A stretch of 64,000 nt of DNA from Okamejei kenojei (taxonomy: Eukaryota): positions 28,396,001-28,460,000 of the forward strand of contig CM069156.1 of NCBI GenBank assembly GCA_035221665.1. Reading direction: 5' to 3'. The translations under genes and the position numbers were made by a program. This document shows, in pieces, positions 1-12,589 of the stretch (the stretch's first letter is position 1; every line of letters begins with the position of its first letter). The notes beneath the pieces are model-generated. The model saw only the letters and a program-made list of their open reading frames with translations, was not told where the DNA came from and ran no database searches.

Positions 1-148
1 CCCTGCGGTACCCCACTAGTCACTGCCTGCCATTGTGAAAAGGACCCGTTTACTCCTACTCTTTGCTTCCTGTTTGCCAGCCAGTTCTCTATCCACATCA
101 ATACTGAACCCCTAATACCGTATGCTTTAAGTTTGTATACTAATCTCT
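1..148 (-). mobile_element. 5'-truncated CR1 LINE fragment (RT region) interrupting the DIRS element; continues beyond the window start
   Basis: Reverse complement matches the CR1 ORF2 sequence at about 46965-47112 (RLVYKLKAHGIGGSVLMWIENWL...). Confidence 0.85.
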
Positions 149-3100
149 GATCGGTTTGGTGTTTGCTGCACCAGAAACTTGTCAGGTAGAAAAATATATT
201 CCCAGACAGAAGAAAGATGGGGGTTGCAGAGTCATTCTGGACCTCACAAACTTAAATTCATATATTCAGTATAGGCATTTAAAAAGTACACCTTCAACAC
301 CATAACACAGTTGTTATCACAAGGCTGCTATAGGGCTACTACAGACCTAAAAAAGATGCCTTATTATTCAGTACCAATTCATCATTATCGCAGGTACTTT
401 AAATTAATTGGATGGGTCAGCTGAGGCAATTTAAAGAATTACCTAATGGGTTAACTTCAGCTCTCAGGCTGTTCACAAAATTATTGAAACAAGCACTGGT
501 GTTACAGAGGGCTCAGAATCACATTGCAATGGCTTATCTAGAGGATATTTTAATTGTAAATGCCACTCAGGAGACAGCTGAAGAACTGGTTTCAGCAACC
601 ATAAGCCTATTTGAAAGGCTAGGGTTTCTGTCCATCCAACAACATCTAAGTTACAGCCATCCCAAACAATTGATTATTTGGGGTTTGTCATTAATTCGGT
701 TGATATGTTATTAACTTTGCCAACATAAGGTTGGGGATATTACAAATGCCTGTACTTGTCTCGCTGAGAGACCTTATCCCTCCATCTGAGAAGTAACTAC
801 AGTTATTGGTAAAATGGTAGCAGCATTCCTGCTGTCGAGTTTGGACCTCTGCATTATCAAAGTCTGCAAAGAGCCAGAGAACAAGCACTAAAAAAATAAA
901 ATAAAACATTTTTAAAAAGCGTGCAGGCCATTTTGATAGGTCCATGCAGTTACCAACTAAAGCTTTAGCTGAATTGCAATGGTGGATTCTCAATGTTGCA
1001 CAAGCTACTAGAAAATATTTTGTTTCAGCAACCTTCAGTGGTATTACAAACTGATGTGAGTGCTCTCGGATGGGGAGCTAAGGACAGCGCCACCAATTGT
1101 GGTGGTCGATGGACTGTCCAAGACGATTTAATTCTCCAAACACATGGTATCAATTATTTGGAGTTATTGGGGGCGTTTTATGCATTGATAGCTTATTGTT
1201 CTACAATGAATGACTTACATGTTCAATTACAAGTAGACAATACCACAGCTGTGGGAGAGACAATATTGTGGCAGACAACAGATCACAAAAGTTCAATGAC
1301 AATACAGAATGGATGTTAAATCCAGAAGTTTTCAAAAAGATTGTCAGTCGGTATGGGTACCAAATATTGATCTGTTTGCGTCCAGATTAAATCTCCAGTT
1401 GCCTAAATATGTCTCATAGGAGCCAGACCCAGGAGCAGTAGCGGTGGATGCATTCTCGCTACATTGGGGAAGTATAGTCTTCTATGTTTTCCCCATTTTG
1501 CCTGATTAGGCAATGTCTCACCAAAATAGAGCAAGTCTCCGCCGCAGGCGTTTTGGTGGTTCCAAACTGGTCTACACAGCCATTATTCCCATTGGTGCTT
1601 AGAATGATGATTTAGCCATTCATGACAATCCCCAGCTGCAGTAATTTGTTGGTACATCCAGTAACAGGAGAAGTCATCCATTACATGATCGTATTAATTG
1701 TTAATCTGCAGGTTCTGATGGACTGTCGGATAGGAGCATGGATGTCATAACTGCAGCTTGGAGAGATAGCACTAAGAAACAATATATGTCTCATATAAGG
1801 AAATGGGAAATCTTTTGTATACAGTCAGATATATTTTATCATACTGCAAACATATCGGATGTATTGGAGTTCCTTGCTATGTTGCACCTGAGTTATAGTG
1901 CCATTAATAGTGCTCGGAGTGCTTTGTCCTCCTATTTAGGACAATTTTCAGAACAACAATCTATCGAGTCTCATCCGTTAATATCCCGATTTATGAGAGG
2001 AATTTTAATAAAATCCTACCAAACCCAGATATACAGAAATCTGGGATGTCAGTATAGTTCTCACATTGCTTCGTCAGTGGGCTCCACTTACGTCACTGTC
2101 TTTTCAGAAGTTAATATTTAAAGTGGTTATGCTCATGCCATTAGTATCAGCACAATGAATACAAACATTACAAATGTTGTGGTTAGATTGTATGCAGTTG
2201 TCTGTAGATAAAATTACTTTTTATGTCTATGATCTAAGCAAGCAAAGCAAGCCAGGAAAGGCTGGAACCAAGGTAATCTTTAAAGCATACCCTCTCGACT
2301 AAACATTGTGTGTGGTTAAGCATCTGACTCAATATATTGAAATAACTAAGAGTCTCCGAGTTTGTGAGACACCAATGCTCAATGCCCACAAAAAACATAT
2401 TTTTAAAAAAAAATTTAGAAAGTAACAGTACAAACTATTTCTAGATGGTTAAAACAGGTTCTGTATTTAGCTGGCATTCACACTCATGTGTGTAAATCTC
2501 AACTCCACAAGGGCGGCATCAATGTCCACGGCGAAGGCGCAGGACGTGCCGCTCGACCAAATTCTAGAGGCCGCAGGATGGTCTAAAGAAGTAACTTTTT
2601 CTAGATTTTATGATAAACCTGTTGTCACAGTGCCAGGGTTTGCACATGCTGTGTTGGGTTCTGTTCAATTTGTTTGCTTTGTTTCATATCATTTGTTTCA
2701 TATAATTTGTTGTAATTTTCCCCTGGGATAGAGGGGTTATTACTTTCCTTGTTATTATTATTATTAACATAGTTATTGAATAATTTGAAGCAATGTTCAA
2801 TATATTATTTATTCACTACTGTGTCAACTGAAGCAGTGTGTCGTATGGAGTGAATCTACGGCATGAAAATCACAGAGCTTTAAAATCATCAAGTAGTCAC
2901 TCACGTGACTCTGAAGTAAAATAGTAAGCTTAAACGAGAACTTACCTGTTTGAAGTTTGATCTTTATTTTATGAGGAGTTACGATGAGGGATTACGTGCC
3001 CTCCGCTCCCGGCCCTCATAATCTAAAGGTTCATCTGGTAGTTCTAGTCTTCTGTAAGCCTTACTATCTTACTTCAACTATCGGTTTCTGTGTTTTTCAC

Positions 3101-3225
3101 GCCGCTGCTTTGAAGTATGACGCGTATGCGCCTGGCGGGGCTTCTTCACGTAATCCCTCATCGTAACTCCTCATAAAATAAAGATCAAACTTCAAACAGG
3201 TAAGTTCTCGTTTAATCTTACTATT
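149..3225 (+). mobile_element. DIRS1-type tyrosine-recombinase retrotransposon, degenerate (RT/RNase H, adenine-methyltransferase-like domain, YR, ICR and right terminus)
   Basis: RT motifs LPNGLTSA..FTKLLK and YLEDIL; RNase H QTDVSALGWG, INYLELL and VDNTTAV; MT-like NIDLFASRLN..VDAFSLHW; YR AWRDSTKKQY and STRAAS..ILEAAGWS..TF.RFY. ICR 2890-2998 is inverted to the terminus 3147-3225. Many frameshifts. Confidence 0.92.
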
Positions 3226-3312
3226 AAAGTGGCAAAGTTAGCCAAATATCTGAAATGGGATCCGTATGGCGTGGTACACTTTCACAAAGGATATTAACTG
3301 TGCAGGATCAAA

Positions 3313-3478
3313 TTAATGTAAAGACGTTACACTGTCAGCTCTATGTAGTTTCGCCATGGAAAAAAAAAATCCTGTTTTTGGATGTGGAAGGTTATTTTGA
3401 TCACAGAGCTCCATCAGTGCTCTGTATGGAACTCGACTCTGCAGCCCAGAATGTCTAGTTATTGTTAGTGTTTCTGGG
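3313..3478 (-). CDS. Probable last coding exon of the unnamed TBC-like gene (PETLTITRHSGLQ...VTSLH*)
   Basis: Strong acceptor (tttcttcctctttag) and a phase-2 match to exon 6457-6572; open to TAA at 3313. An internal donor (AGT|gtaacg) is possible, so the gene may continue. Confidence 0.55.
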
Positions 3479-4009
3479 CTAAAGAGGAAGAAATAAAAAT
3501 CATATAAGAGCAATATCATTAATCATTATCAATGGACCATGCTGGAAATATAACGTTTAGAAAACTTCAGTTTTAACCTGGAATGAGTTTTGGTCTGACA
3601 GGGAGCACAGCAAATACTGAAAACCATTTCACCCCATCACTGTTCCAACTTTAACAGTGGGGCATTGATAATATTTACTGGACATATGATGGAGAAGAAT
3701 AGGTCTTTGTGCAACTAGAAGCTTACCAGCTTTTAGGTAAGTTGTGGCTAGAGGGGTGTTTAGGGTCTGGGAGGGTTTCGTGGAAAGGAAGGAAGGGTTA
3801 TGAAGAGGACGTTGGGATCCAGGAAAGCTCAATGCAGGTGATGCCTAAATTATCCTTTTGGCAACTGAAGGAGCATTCCTGTACTTTCTTACCTACATGT
3901 AAAGTGTAAATGAAAACTGTCTTACTAATTAATGTTTTTCCTGCTATCTCATTCTTGTAAGAAAGCCATAATATCTTCCTAGTTTCCCTACCTGAGCAAT
4001 TTTTGCCAT

Positions 4010-4790
4010 TGAGGAGTGTTTCCCCCCTCACCTTAAACTTATGTCTTCTGGTTCTTGATTACCCTACTCTGGGTAAAATACTCTGTGCATTTACCTTATC
4101 TATTCCCCTCATAATCTTATACACCTCTAAATGAACATGCCTCATCCTCCTGTGCTCCATGGAAAAATGTTCTAGCCTGCTCAACCTCTCCCTATAGCTC
4201 AGGCCAGCTCAGTCCTGACAACATCCTCGCAAATCTTTTCTGCACCCTTTCCAGCTTAACAACATCTTTCCTATAACAGGGTCACCAAAACTGAACACAA
4301 TACTCTAAATGTGGTTTTACCAATGTCTTGTGCAACTATAACATGACCTCCCAACTTCTGTACAATACTCTGACTGATGAAGGCCAATGTTCCAAAAGCC
4401 TTCCTGACCACCTTATCTACTTATGACGTCACTTTCAATGAATTATGTACCTGAACTCTGCTCTACACACCCCAGAGCCTTGCCATTCCTGTGCTTGCCC
4501 TGGTTTGATTTCTCAAAATGCAACACCTCTCTGTATTAACCTTCCACAGCCCACCAGCCCAACCGATCAAGATCCTGCTGCAATTTTTTACAACCATCTT
4601 CTCTATCTAAAATACCACCCACTTTAGTGACATTTGCAAACTTACTACTCATGCCTTGTACGTTCTCATCCAAATCAATGATATAGATGAAAAACAGCAA
4701 TGGGCTCAGCACCAAACACTTGGTCACTGGCCTCCAGTTTGAAAAACAACCTTCCACCATCACCCTCTTCTTCCTTTTTCTATCCAGTCA
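4010..4790 (-). mobile_element. CR1 LINE ORF2 3' fragment (resumes at about 5651-5706 after the L1-like insertion)
   Basis: Translation LFFIYIIDLDENVQGMSSKFANVTKVGG...LQQDLDRL is typical CR1 RT. Confidence 0.85.
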
Positions 4791-5650
4791 GTTTTTTTTG
4801 TTTTTTGTTTTGTTTATTTTTGTTAGAAGTAAGTACAGTAGTCTGGTACTTAAGTACCTAATACATAAATACATGTTCTCATTCTTGTACAACTTCATAA
4901 TTTTAGTTCAATAATAAAAGAACAGTGAGAGAAAAAAGAAATAAAGAGTGTCGGAATAGATAGACATGCGAGTAGAAACAGAAAACAAAAAAAAAGGACA
5001 GAGGTGAGAAGTTAAAAGATTGAAAGAGAAGGAAAAAGTAAAAAGAAAAGAGAGATTAGGAGAGATCTACCCATCTCATATTTTTGCCCATCCGTCACCC
5101 AGTTCTAAACATTTAATTTCTAAGGTTATGTTATGTTGCACCATATGCTTGTATAAAGTTGATAAACGGAGACCAAATCTTTAAGAATTGGTCTACTTTG
5201 CCTAGTAAGAGGAATCTCATTTCTTCAAGATGTAGCGTTTCAGACATGTTTGAGATCCACATTTTGAATGTTGGCGTAGGTGCGTTTTTCCAAAATTTAA
5301 GTGTTTTTTTTTCGCTGTTATTAGGCCATAATTAAGAAAAGCTTCTTGGAATATATTTGGAATATAGTTAGTTTACTTCCCTCTTCCATTGATCCAAAGA
5401 TAATCAATTCAGTATTGGGGTTCAATTTTGTGTTAAATAGTTTTGTAAAAATTCCAAAAATTTCATTCCAAAATGTATACAGTTTTGTACAAGAGACAAA
5501 GGAATGTGCTATACTGGCATTTTGAGTTAGACATTTGTCGCAGATGGGGGAAACATTTGAAAATATTTTATTCAGTCTTGTTTTCAAATAATATAATCTA
5601 TGTAAAATTTTTAATTGAATTAGGTTATGTCTTACATTCATTGAACATTT
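4791..5650 (-). mobile_element. L1/Tx1-clade LINE 3' end with A-rich tail
   Basis: ORF2 C-terminal Cys-rich segment QLKILHRLYY...PICDKC...HSFVSC; T-rich run at 4792-4823 is the tail; same family as 8650-9540. Confidence 0.8.
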
Positions 5651-6456
5651 AACTCTCCTTGGATCCTATGCGAACTAACCTTCCAGAGCAGTCTACCATG
5701 TGGAACAGTGAATACCTAATGTATTATTGATTAATGTGTATTTATTTGTGTGTTATTACGTTAAACGGCGTAGTAACCTGCTGAAGTTAGAATTTTATTG
5801 TTTCATTGCCAATACAAGAAACAATTATAATCTTGACTCCTGATTGATATCTTGGAATCCCAAATGGAGAGGGGAGGGGAAATTATGTCTAGTGGTGAAT
5901 CTCAATGAAAGTAGTAAAAATTGTAAAGGACGATCCATTGACTGCAGAGGCTGATGTGGTGAAGGTGAAGACCAGCAGAACTCTATCCTTGTTTTGGCTG
6001 GGGAAAGAGGAAGGAGAGTAGAGTTGCAGGAATTAGATCAGATGCAGTTAAGGGCTCTTTCAAGTATGGTAAAGGGAAGCCACAGTTCATGAAAAGGAAG
6101 ACATCTCAGAGGCAAAGATAATCCCCCCTGGGTTACTGGGAATTAAAAGCACATTCAGAATTATAATATTGTGCATCATATTTCGATCTCACATTTTACT
6201 CTGAATGAAACCAAACATTTTTAGCAGGGTTTATAAGATATTTTGGTACTTATTAGTTGCAATGTTGTTTTACACAATGTGGAGACTGAGGTTCATCTGC
6301 TGAGACTAGATTGATGAGGCAAGTGTGTATCATTGCTAATTTCAATTTAAGCCAACAAATGTGATACTGTGATTCAGGGCTGTTCTAAAGCCAAGAAATC
6401 TCCAAAATAAAACAATTCTGGCTTGCAGTATCCAAACAAATACAGAAACTCCTTAC

Positions 6457-6572
6457 TTCATTTTAAATTGGTTTAATCCAGGAATATCTGCTGGTAGGCC
6501 ACCTTGTTGTAAATGGATCCAAGATCTTTGAATATCTATTGTGTATAGATGGCTGGCATGAGAATAGAATAC
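6457..6572 (-). CDS. Exon of the unnamed TBC-like gene (VFYSHASHLYTIDIQRSWIHLQQGGLPADIPGLNQFKM)
   Basis: ttccctcag acceptor, gtaagg donor; 116 nt, phase 0 to 2, in frame with neighbouring exons. Confidence 0.88.
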
Positions 6573-8321
6573 CTGAGGGAAAGTATTTGATAAGTATCAA
6601 TTAAATGCATAATAACCAATTTGAAGACTAAGAGCCCTTCTTTATTGCACATTTTTTGTTGTGAGCATTGGCTGATAACATGGCTGCTTAACACTTCTCT
6701 TTTGACAACTCGAAAGTCAAATAACAGGCCAAACAATCTACAAATCACAAAGTGCTGAAGGGTTGCCACCCTTTAAAGGGTCCCAACCTGAAACGTCACC
6801 TATCCACTCTCTCCACAGATGCTGCCTGTCCCAGTAAATTACTCCAGCACTTTATGTTTTGTTCAACATCACAGTGTCTGTAGTTCCTTGTGCCAAACCT
6901 TCTAACTCACCTCATTTTGAAGTGGATACTCTCGCTCCTGACAATCAGGTGTGTTTCATTGGTACACATATATTGCAAGGTTGTGCATACAAAGTGAGGG
7001 TTGTTACATACCAAGTATCAAATACTACAGAACAAAAATAAAGTACAAATCCTTAAGTGCCCAAGCTTATGCTTTACACAAATCATTTTCAACTCCCATA
7101 TATTTTCTTGTCCAAACAAAAACATGCATGAAGAATTGTCTCAACCCGAAACATCACTCATTCCTTCTCTCCAGAAATACTGCCTGTCCTGCTGAGTTAC
7201 TCCAGCTTTTTGTGTATCTTTGGTTTCACAAAAACATGGGGAGATTGTCATGCACAATGGCGCACGGTTATCTCTATAGCAATAATATCCTAATTTTAAG
7301 TTATTAGTCATACAGAGCCTTTGAAATACTTTGTTAAGATTATTTCTATGGTGAACGAGCATATTTTAAAGTTCAATTTAAGACTTAAATTTGTATGAGT
7401 GCATCGCTGGTTTCTTGCATTTTGAGTCTGAAGAAGGGTTGCGACCTGAAACATCACCTGTCAATTCCCTACCCAGATACTAAGCTTCTCCAGCACCTTG
7501 TGCTTTGCTCAAGATTTCAGCAACTGCAATTTCTTGTGTCTGCATCTCAAATCTTTAATGGCCCTTGAAACAATTAAATCCGGTTACGCCAGAGGGTACT
7601 GCCAATGTACATTTCTGATTTTCATTTGCCACATAATAAAACATTAACAAAAACAAAGACGGGTAATTTCTGTTAGTCTGTATTTTTAATAAAATAATAA
7701 ATGCTTGCATACCTGACAGAAAGTCAGGTTCCAAAAAGGAAGAGGTCATTTGGCTTCACTGCTTTCACACTCCCACCCTTCATCCCTAAATGCAAGGTGC
7801 ACCAGTAGTAATTCTTGCAGCAAAGAACTAGGCCAAAAAAAGCTATTCAATTGTTTTTAAATGACATAAAGAAGCATAATGGAAGGTCAGCAATCTAAAA
7901 TGTTAAGTCTGTTTATCATCCCGCAAATGCTGCTTGACCTGCTGAGTAATTCCAGCTTTTTCTGCAGATGCATCAGTAGTTTTTTGCTTTTCTATTAAAG
8001 TTGATGTTTAACTATTTCCTTAATAAGATTCTGGATTATTTTAATTTTTATTATAGAGATAAATTTATAGGTGCCTAGTTTTGTTTTAGATTCAAAAGTA
8101 TATGCTTCTCAATGTTATTTCATGTTTTTTAAATGTTGTCTCCTGTGCTGATTATTTTCAGCATTTTCTGTTCTTATTTTCAAATTCCATTTTGGCAACC
8201 TTTTATTGTGCTGTGCTGTGAGCTTCACCTGTGAATTCAATTTCTTTTTTTTTTTTTTTAATCATAGTGAATAGGTGGAAAGTATGAAAGGAGTTTAAGG
8301 CAATAATATTTTTTATCTTAC

Positions 8322-8483
8322 TTGTTTCAGACTGTGATGATCATCAGACTCTATCAAAGGTTCCCTCAGTAACAAGAGGATTGTCAGGCAGAAATCTTCC
8401 ATCACCCGCGGCTTCCAGTCTTGCATAAAGAGTTGGTCCCAGATCAGCAACATGGCTGGCATGTCCAAGATGCCTACAAACCC
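8322..8483 (-). CDS. Exon of the unnamed TBC-like gene (GFVGILDMPAMLLIWDQLFMQDW...SLKQ)
   Basis: ccatag acceptor, gtaaga donor; 162 nt, phase 0 to 0; contains the TBC C-terminal L.IWD..F motif. Confidence 0.92.
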
Positions 8484-8649
8484 CTATGGCACACAGGCAG
8501 TTGAGTGAAACAATTTACTGCCCATCCAACAGTGTAATGTATGTCAATTCACAATGCGTTATGCCAATCAGATAGATTCAATCCCTAATCTATGCTTAGT
8601 TTTTTTTAATATACTGTAGGCATTACAATTGTTCTCAATGATCTCAGGT

Positions 8650-9540
8650 AGAAAAATGATTTTAAATGTGGGAATTCATATTAAATATAGAAATATCATC
8701 ACCCGATAGAATTAGAAGAGATTGGGAACAAGAACTAGCTATAAAAAACTCGAAAGAGAGTTGGGATAAACACTTGCTATATGTGCATAAATGCTCGAAC
8801 AATGTAAGACATATTCTAATCCAATGTAAAATCCTACATAGATTATATTATTCAAAAACTAAAATAAGTAAAACCTTTCCAAATGTTTCCCCCATTTGTG
8901 ATAAATGTCTATCTCAAGAAGCAACTATAGTACATTCCTTTGTTTTTTGCATAAAAATCCAAAAATTTTGGAATGAAAATTTTGGAACAATGGAAGTCGG
9001 CTTTGAGCTGACTTTGTTCCAAAAGAGTTTCCTTAATTATGGCAAAAAAACTCATACTTAAATTCTGGAAAAACGCTCCCACACCAATGGTAAAAATATG
9101 GATTTCAAATATGTCTGAAATGTTACACCTTGAAGATATGAGATTCGTCCTAGCAAGCAAATCAGACCAATTCCAAAAGATTTGGTCTCCATTTATCGAT
9201 GTATTATAAGCATAGGGTGCAACATAACTTTGAAAATAAACAGTTTCAGGACCTGGTGAGGGGTGTGTAAAGATATGAAGTAGGTACATCCCTTTTATCT
9301 TATCTTATTTTCTTATATTTTCATTTTTCTATTTTTCTCTTTCCTTTTTTTTATTCTTTCTCATGTTCTACGTCTCTACGGGTTCTTCCTTTTCACGCAC
9401 TTACTATCTTATCTAACTTTCTCTATTTTTCTTCTTCTTAGAGTTTAAAACAAGTAGTGGTACATGAAATGTATTATGTTATTTTTGGCTTATACTACTG
9501 TAATGTACATTACTTCTAATAAAAATAAATTAAAACAAAT
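8650..9540 (+). mobile_element. L1/Tx1-clade LINE 3' end
   Basis: ORF 8666-9061 WEQEL...QCKILHRLYY...PICDKC...HSFVFC; pyrimidine-rich 3' UTR, AATAAA and A-rich tail at about 9518-9540. Confidence 0.8.
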
Positions 9541-9766
9541 ATATATTTTTTCCCTGCAATCCCAAGTGATGTATATGCAGAAGATGGCTGTGTGAAAGAC
9601 CTGTGCTGATATTGTGTAGTCCAACAGCTCATTGCGTAGGCTTACACATAAAAAGGGAACTATGTGTGTGAGGTATCTAAAGAATGCAAAGTGCCTATTA
9701 AATTAGCAAATAAGATACTGCCTTTGCTAAGAAGCACAGGAAGTAAAGAAAAGGAATGAAAGACAT

Positions 9767-10150
9767 AAGAAGACACAAGGAAATGCAGATGCTGGTTTAC
9801 AAAAAAAGACACAGAATGCTGGAGTAACTCTGCGGGTCAGGACCCTTCTTCAAAATTATTATGCTGGGGTGGTAGAAAGTTGGACAAGAGGTGGGGACAG
9901 GACAAAGCCTGTTGCATGTAACCACCAGATAGGTGGATACATGCAAGCAGAGATTTTGATGGCAGGTTGGACAAAGGCAAGATGAAAACACAAAAAGTGT
10001 GAAATAAAGGTAGAAGAGGAGCAAATTGTGAAGCCAGAGGAAGGAATCTAATTGAAAGGGGATGGGGGAGGCCGAAGGGAACTTATGGACGCAAATCCAC
10101 GTGGGACACAGGGAAGAGAGGGGGCAAGGAAGGAAGAAAAAAAAAGGAAT
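9767..10150 (-). mobile_element. Penelope-derived short element (terminal-repeat fragment)
   Basis: Shares gatgctggttt...gctggagtaactc.gcgggtcag with the Penelope termini at 60280-60380 and 62450-62570. Confidence 0.6.
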
Positions 10151-10213
10151 GTACGACTTGCATTTATAATGCAGCTTTCATCATTCCCAGAACCCACTGA
10201 ATATTTTCCTTAC

Positions 10214-10357
10214 CTCTCCGATCCATTTCCTGAGGAGTATGATTGGGTTTTTCAGCAATTCTTTGCTTATGTGTTGCATATTTTCAGAGTTGTGCCCAAT
10301 ACTATGGAATTGCTGAACCTGTGTCTTTTCACACTCAACTTGCTCCAGTAGGAATTC
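10214..10357 (-). CDS. Exon of the unnamed TBC-like gene (EFLLEQVECEK...LLRKWIGE)
   Basis: ttctctaatcag acceptor, gtaagg donor; 144 nt, phase 0 to 0. Confidence 0.9.
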
Positions 10358-10544
10358 CTGATTAGAGAAATGAAAAGGCATTAACTGAAGTAGGGATAGT
10401 GTGGAATGGGGCAGCTCATTTCCTAAAACATTTTCATGATGAAAAGTCAGCAAGGAAGGATCGAAGCTTTTCAATAACAGCTGCTCTCAAGTTCTAACAA
10501 AGAGCCCTGGACCTAAAAAGATATTGATTTTTTTACCACAGATG

Positions 10545-11130
10545 CATAGCATATAGAACAGGACAGGAACAGGTCCTTCGGCCCGCAATGTCCATGCTGA
10601 ACATGATGCCAAGTTAAGCAAAGTATGCATGCATATAATCCATATCCCTCCATTCCCTGCATATCCATGTGCTTATCTAAAAGCCTCTTAAAAGCCGTTA
10701 TCATATCTACCTCCACCCCTGGCAGAGTGTTCCAGGCATCCACAGCTCTCTGTATAAAAAACGTGCACCAACACATCTTCTTTAAAGTTTGACCCTCTCA
10801 CCTTAAAACTATGTCCTCTAGTCAGTGACATTTCTCTCCTGAGCAAAAAGTTCTGATTGTCTACGCTGTCTATGCTCTCACAATCTTATAAACATCTATC
10901 AGGTCTCCCTTTGGCCTCTGACGCTCCAAAGAAAACAAGCTACCTTTGTCAAACCTCTCCTTATATCTAATATCCTCAAATTCAGGCAGCATTCTAGTAG
11001 TCCTATCTCCTTCGCTCCTTAGATGCTGCTGCACCCGCTGAGTTTCTCCAGCCTTTTGTGTACCTTCGATTCTCCAGCATCTGCAGTTCCTTCTTTAACA
11101 CGTTTTCTAGTAAATCTCTTCTGCACGTGA
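10545..11130 (-). mobile_element. CR1 LINE 3' fragment with a Penelope-type short element inserted at about 11000-11100
   Basis: FFIQRAVDAWNTLP...FKRLLDKHMD is the CR1 ORF2 C-terminus, followed by its 3' UTR. Confidence 0.8.
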
Positions 11131-12104
11131 TATGTTGTGTATTTCCAGTATTTCCTGTTGTTATTGTACCTTGCACAGTTTAGGAAAACTAGGCGTGTTT
11201 ATATTCTTGGTATGCAGCCTCACTAAATGATTTCAAATACAGTGGACAGTCAGTACGGCATGCCAAAGTCTCATTTATTAATTGCTAGGTGATTGTAATT
11301 ATCAGAGATCTTCCAGTTTTCTAATCCTCTCTCCCTTCCAATCAGGCTACATTCCATGAAAGCACAGTTTTGCAAATAGACTCATGTCTATTTGATGCCT
11401 TTTCCTGTCTTAAGTGCACCAGTAACTTGAAATATTTTGAAATGTAACAAACATTTTGATGTTATAGATTTATTAGATTGATATAAATTAACCAGCTGTG
11501 TATAAGCAATGTTAGCAATAACATTAGTTGAATCAAAACCCCTAAGATGGGACGTTTCAGATTTTTTTCACAAGTAGGTGTTAATTATTTTCCACCTGAT
11601 TTCCAATCATCACTCCAATTCCTGGCACTTTGCCCTCAAGGTATGACACTATCCCATATGCCTTGATTTGCTAATTTCCTCTCCTAATCCCCCAATCAAT
11701 TGTTCCTCCCACCTGCCCCATGGCGCCAACTCCTGAAGCCTTGATGCCCCTACCTTTACCCATCATCTGCTGGCCCACAATTACTATAAATTCACTCTTC
11801 CACCTAGTTTCAAAGTCCTTCTGGAGCTCCAAAAAGCACCCGACTACCTCCACTCACTCTATGTTGATGCATATCTTGCTTTCTACACCCTTTGGCCCTG
11901 ATTGAAGAATATCACCACTCCCCGATGGTCACAGCAAACTTGTCAAGCTTTTAGCATCCTACCAAACATAGATCATTATTAACCAATATTATGATGATAG
12001 ATCCATGACATAAACAGTTGTGGTCTTATTGCATTACTCCAGTTTATTCACAGTTATAGGGTTATTCTTCATTATCCTGGTCTTTGATGTCAATTAATTC
12101 TTAC

Positions 12105-12283
12105 TTTGGGATCAATTAAGGCATTCTTGGTGAACGAAGAATGAAGGTGAGCAAAGAGTACTGGGTCTTCATTTCCTAAACGATTCATCACTTTTTCAGC
12201 CATTCCAAAAACTTCCGGCCAAATTGGGAATACATTGTCAATGAGCAGGTGCAGATACATTGCCAACTCATACGGATGTTCAG
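12105..12283 (-). CDS. Exon of the unnamed TBC-like gene (EHPYELAMYLHLLIDNVFPIW...EDPVLFAHL...IDPK)
   Basis: gccacag acceptor, gtaaga donor; 179 nt, phase 1 to 0; DPxLxxHL is a TBC hallmark. Confidence 0.92.
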
Positions 12284-12589
12284 CTGTGGCACACAAAATA
12301 GATGTTTGTACAATTGGATGAATTTGAAATTATCAACTACCTCTCTATGATCCAACCTCATGCTATGTTAGAATCTTCTCTTTTCTCTGAATTGCTTACA
12401 CTGGCTTACTGCCTCTCTGAACTTTTCTATCATTTTCTTCCTACCCTTATTCTTTTTCCTGTCCCATCATCATGTTGAAAATCACAATATTCTACTTAGT
12501 AACAATAACGTCTATTCCCGTAGCATTGTAATGTAGCAGTGCAGAAACACCAAATTGCATCACACAGGACACAATAGTGCAAAGTCAAT

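Noticed and set aside
3893-3991. Candidate exon with a strong gtaaga donor
   Set aside because: In the required phase 2 it begins with a TAG stop, and its acceptor abuts a CR1 remnant.
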